Positions 63,679 to 64,000 of a DNA stretch of 64,000 nucleotides are shown one piece after another; the stretch's first letter is position 1; every line of letters starts with the position of its first letter. Made by a program: the position numbers and the translations under genes. The stretch comes from Saprospira grandis (GTDB taxonomy: Bacteria > Bacteroidota > Bacteroidia > Chitinophagales > Saprospiraceae): positions 1,052,241 through 1,116,240 of the forward strand of contig NZ_CP110854.1 in NCBI RefSeq assembly GCF_027594745.1. The letters are read 5' to 3'. The notes under the pieces are model-generated. The model saw nothing but the letters and a program-made list of their open reading frames with translations. It did no database searches and was not told the DNA's origin.

Positions 63679-64000
63679 TTATTCTCTAATGATACGGAAT
63701 TTCATCCAAATATCTTCCTGAGGGCGGCCATATTGGTCTTTGGCTTGGGCCGCAATACTATCAATAATATCGAGGCCTTCATAAACCCGCCCAAAAACGG
63801 AGTAATTCATATCGAGCTGCGGGCTGCCCCCTAAATACTTATAGCGCATTCTGTTTTCGGGACTATAGACCATATTGTACTTGCGCTCATTTTGGTCCAA
63901 TTGCTCCATTCGAACTTGGCTACCCTGTACAATATAAAACTGGCTAGCGGAGGACTTTTTTTCGGGGTTGAGCTCATCACTTTGTCGAGCGGCAGCCAAA
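63679..64000 (-). CDS. cyclophilin-type peptidyl-prolyl cis-trans isomerase (3' part; start lies beyond the window end)
   Basis: SQFYIVQGSQ...YSVFGRVYEGLDIIDSIA are cyclophilin C-terminal motifs. The ORF is open to the window edge. Confidence 0.65.
   Translation of the reverse strand, partial: LAAARQSDELNPEKKSSASQFYIVQGSQVRMEQLDQNERKYNMVYSPENRMRYKYLGGSPQLDMNYSVFGRVYEGLDIIDSIAAQAKDQYGRPQEDIWMKFRIIRE

Noticed and set aside
1-64000. CRISPR array, integrase/transposase, prophage genes
   Set aside because: Searched by eye for regularly spaced short direct repeats with unique spacers and for recombinase motifs. The only regular tandem repeats are the 11-bp x 8 and 21-bp x 19 tracts, which have no spacers. 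No integrase, transposase or phage structural ORF was recognised.

Overview
This 64 kb chromosomal window is probably from a Bacteroidota-like genome. Pointers are a TonB-dependent receptor with an N-terminal carboxypeptidase-like domain, DUF4159 and DUF6089 proteins, an HTTM protein and little use of Shine-Dalgarno sequences. GC is moderate, roughly 50%, judged by eye. Most genes are housekeeping: aroA, queE, ruvX-def, udk, phhA, recO, the rimP-nusA-infB operon and a tRNA-Arg(TCT). There is also a HlyD/TolC export pair, two GT2 glycosyltransferases, peptidases (M20, M61), an fdx-iscX-COG0523 cluster and many conserved hypotheticals. Four things stand out. (1) A dense family of about 130-260 bp mosaic REP/MITE-like repeats, at least 20 copies or roughly 5% of the window. 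They lie only in intergenic DNA and in both orientations, several form inverted pairs around single genes, and they create spurious N-terminal ORF extensions. (2) Two low-GC islands that look horizontally acquired. One carries an AlbA_2/HATPase_c_4 (Schlafen-like) gene followed by 8 perfect 11-bp direct repeats and an AT-rich stretch. The other carries a three-gene module whose first gene has a HigB/RelE-like C-terminus, the second an HTH, and the third is unknown. (3) A candidate Tyr-codon leader-peptide attenuator immediately upstream of phhA: an 18-aa ORF with YYY, then a perfect terminator hairpin and a U-run ending 4 nt before the phhA start codon. (4) Several unusual single proteins: a 902-aa tandem double D-Ala-D-Ala-ligase-like ATP-grasp protein, a McrB-like AAA+ GTPase with no McrC partner, an orphan radical-SAM/SPASM enzyme, and a 21-bp x ~19 tandem repeat encoding a GGEPVRS heptad ORF that ends in a terminator inside a 1.3 kb gene-free region. 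No CRISPR array, integrase or transposase was found.
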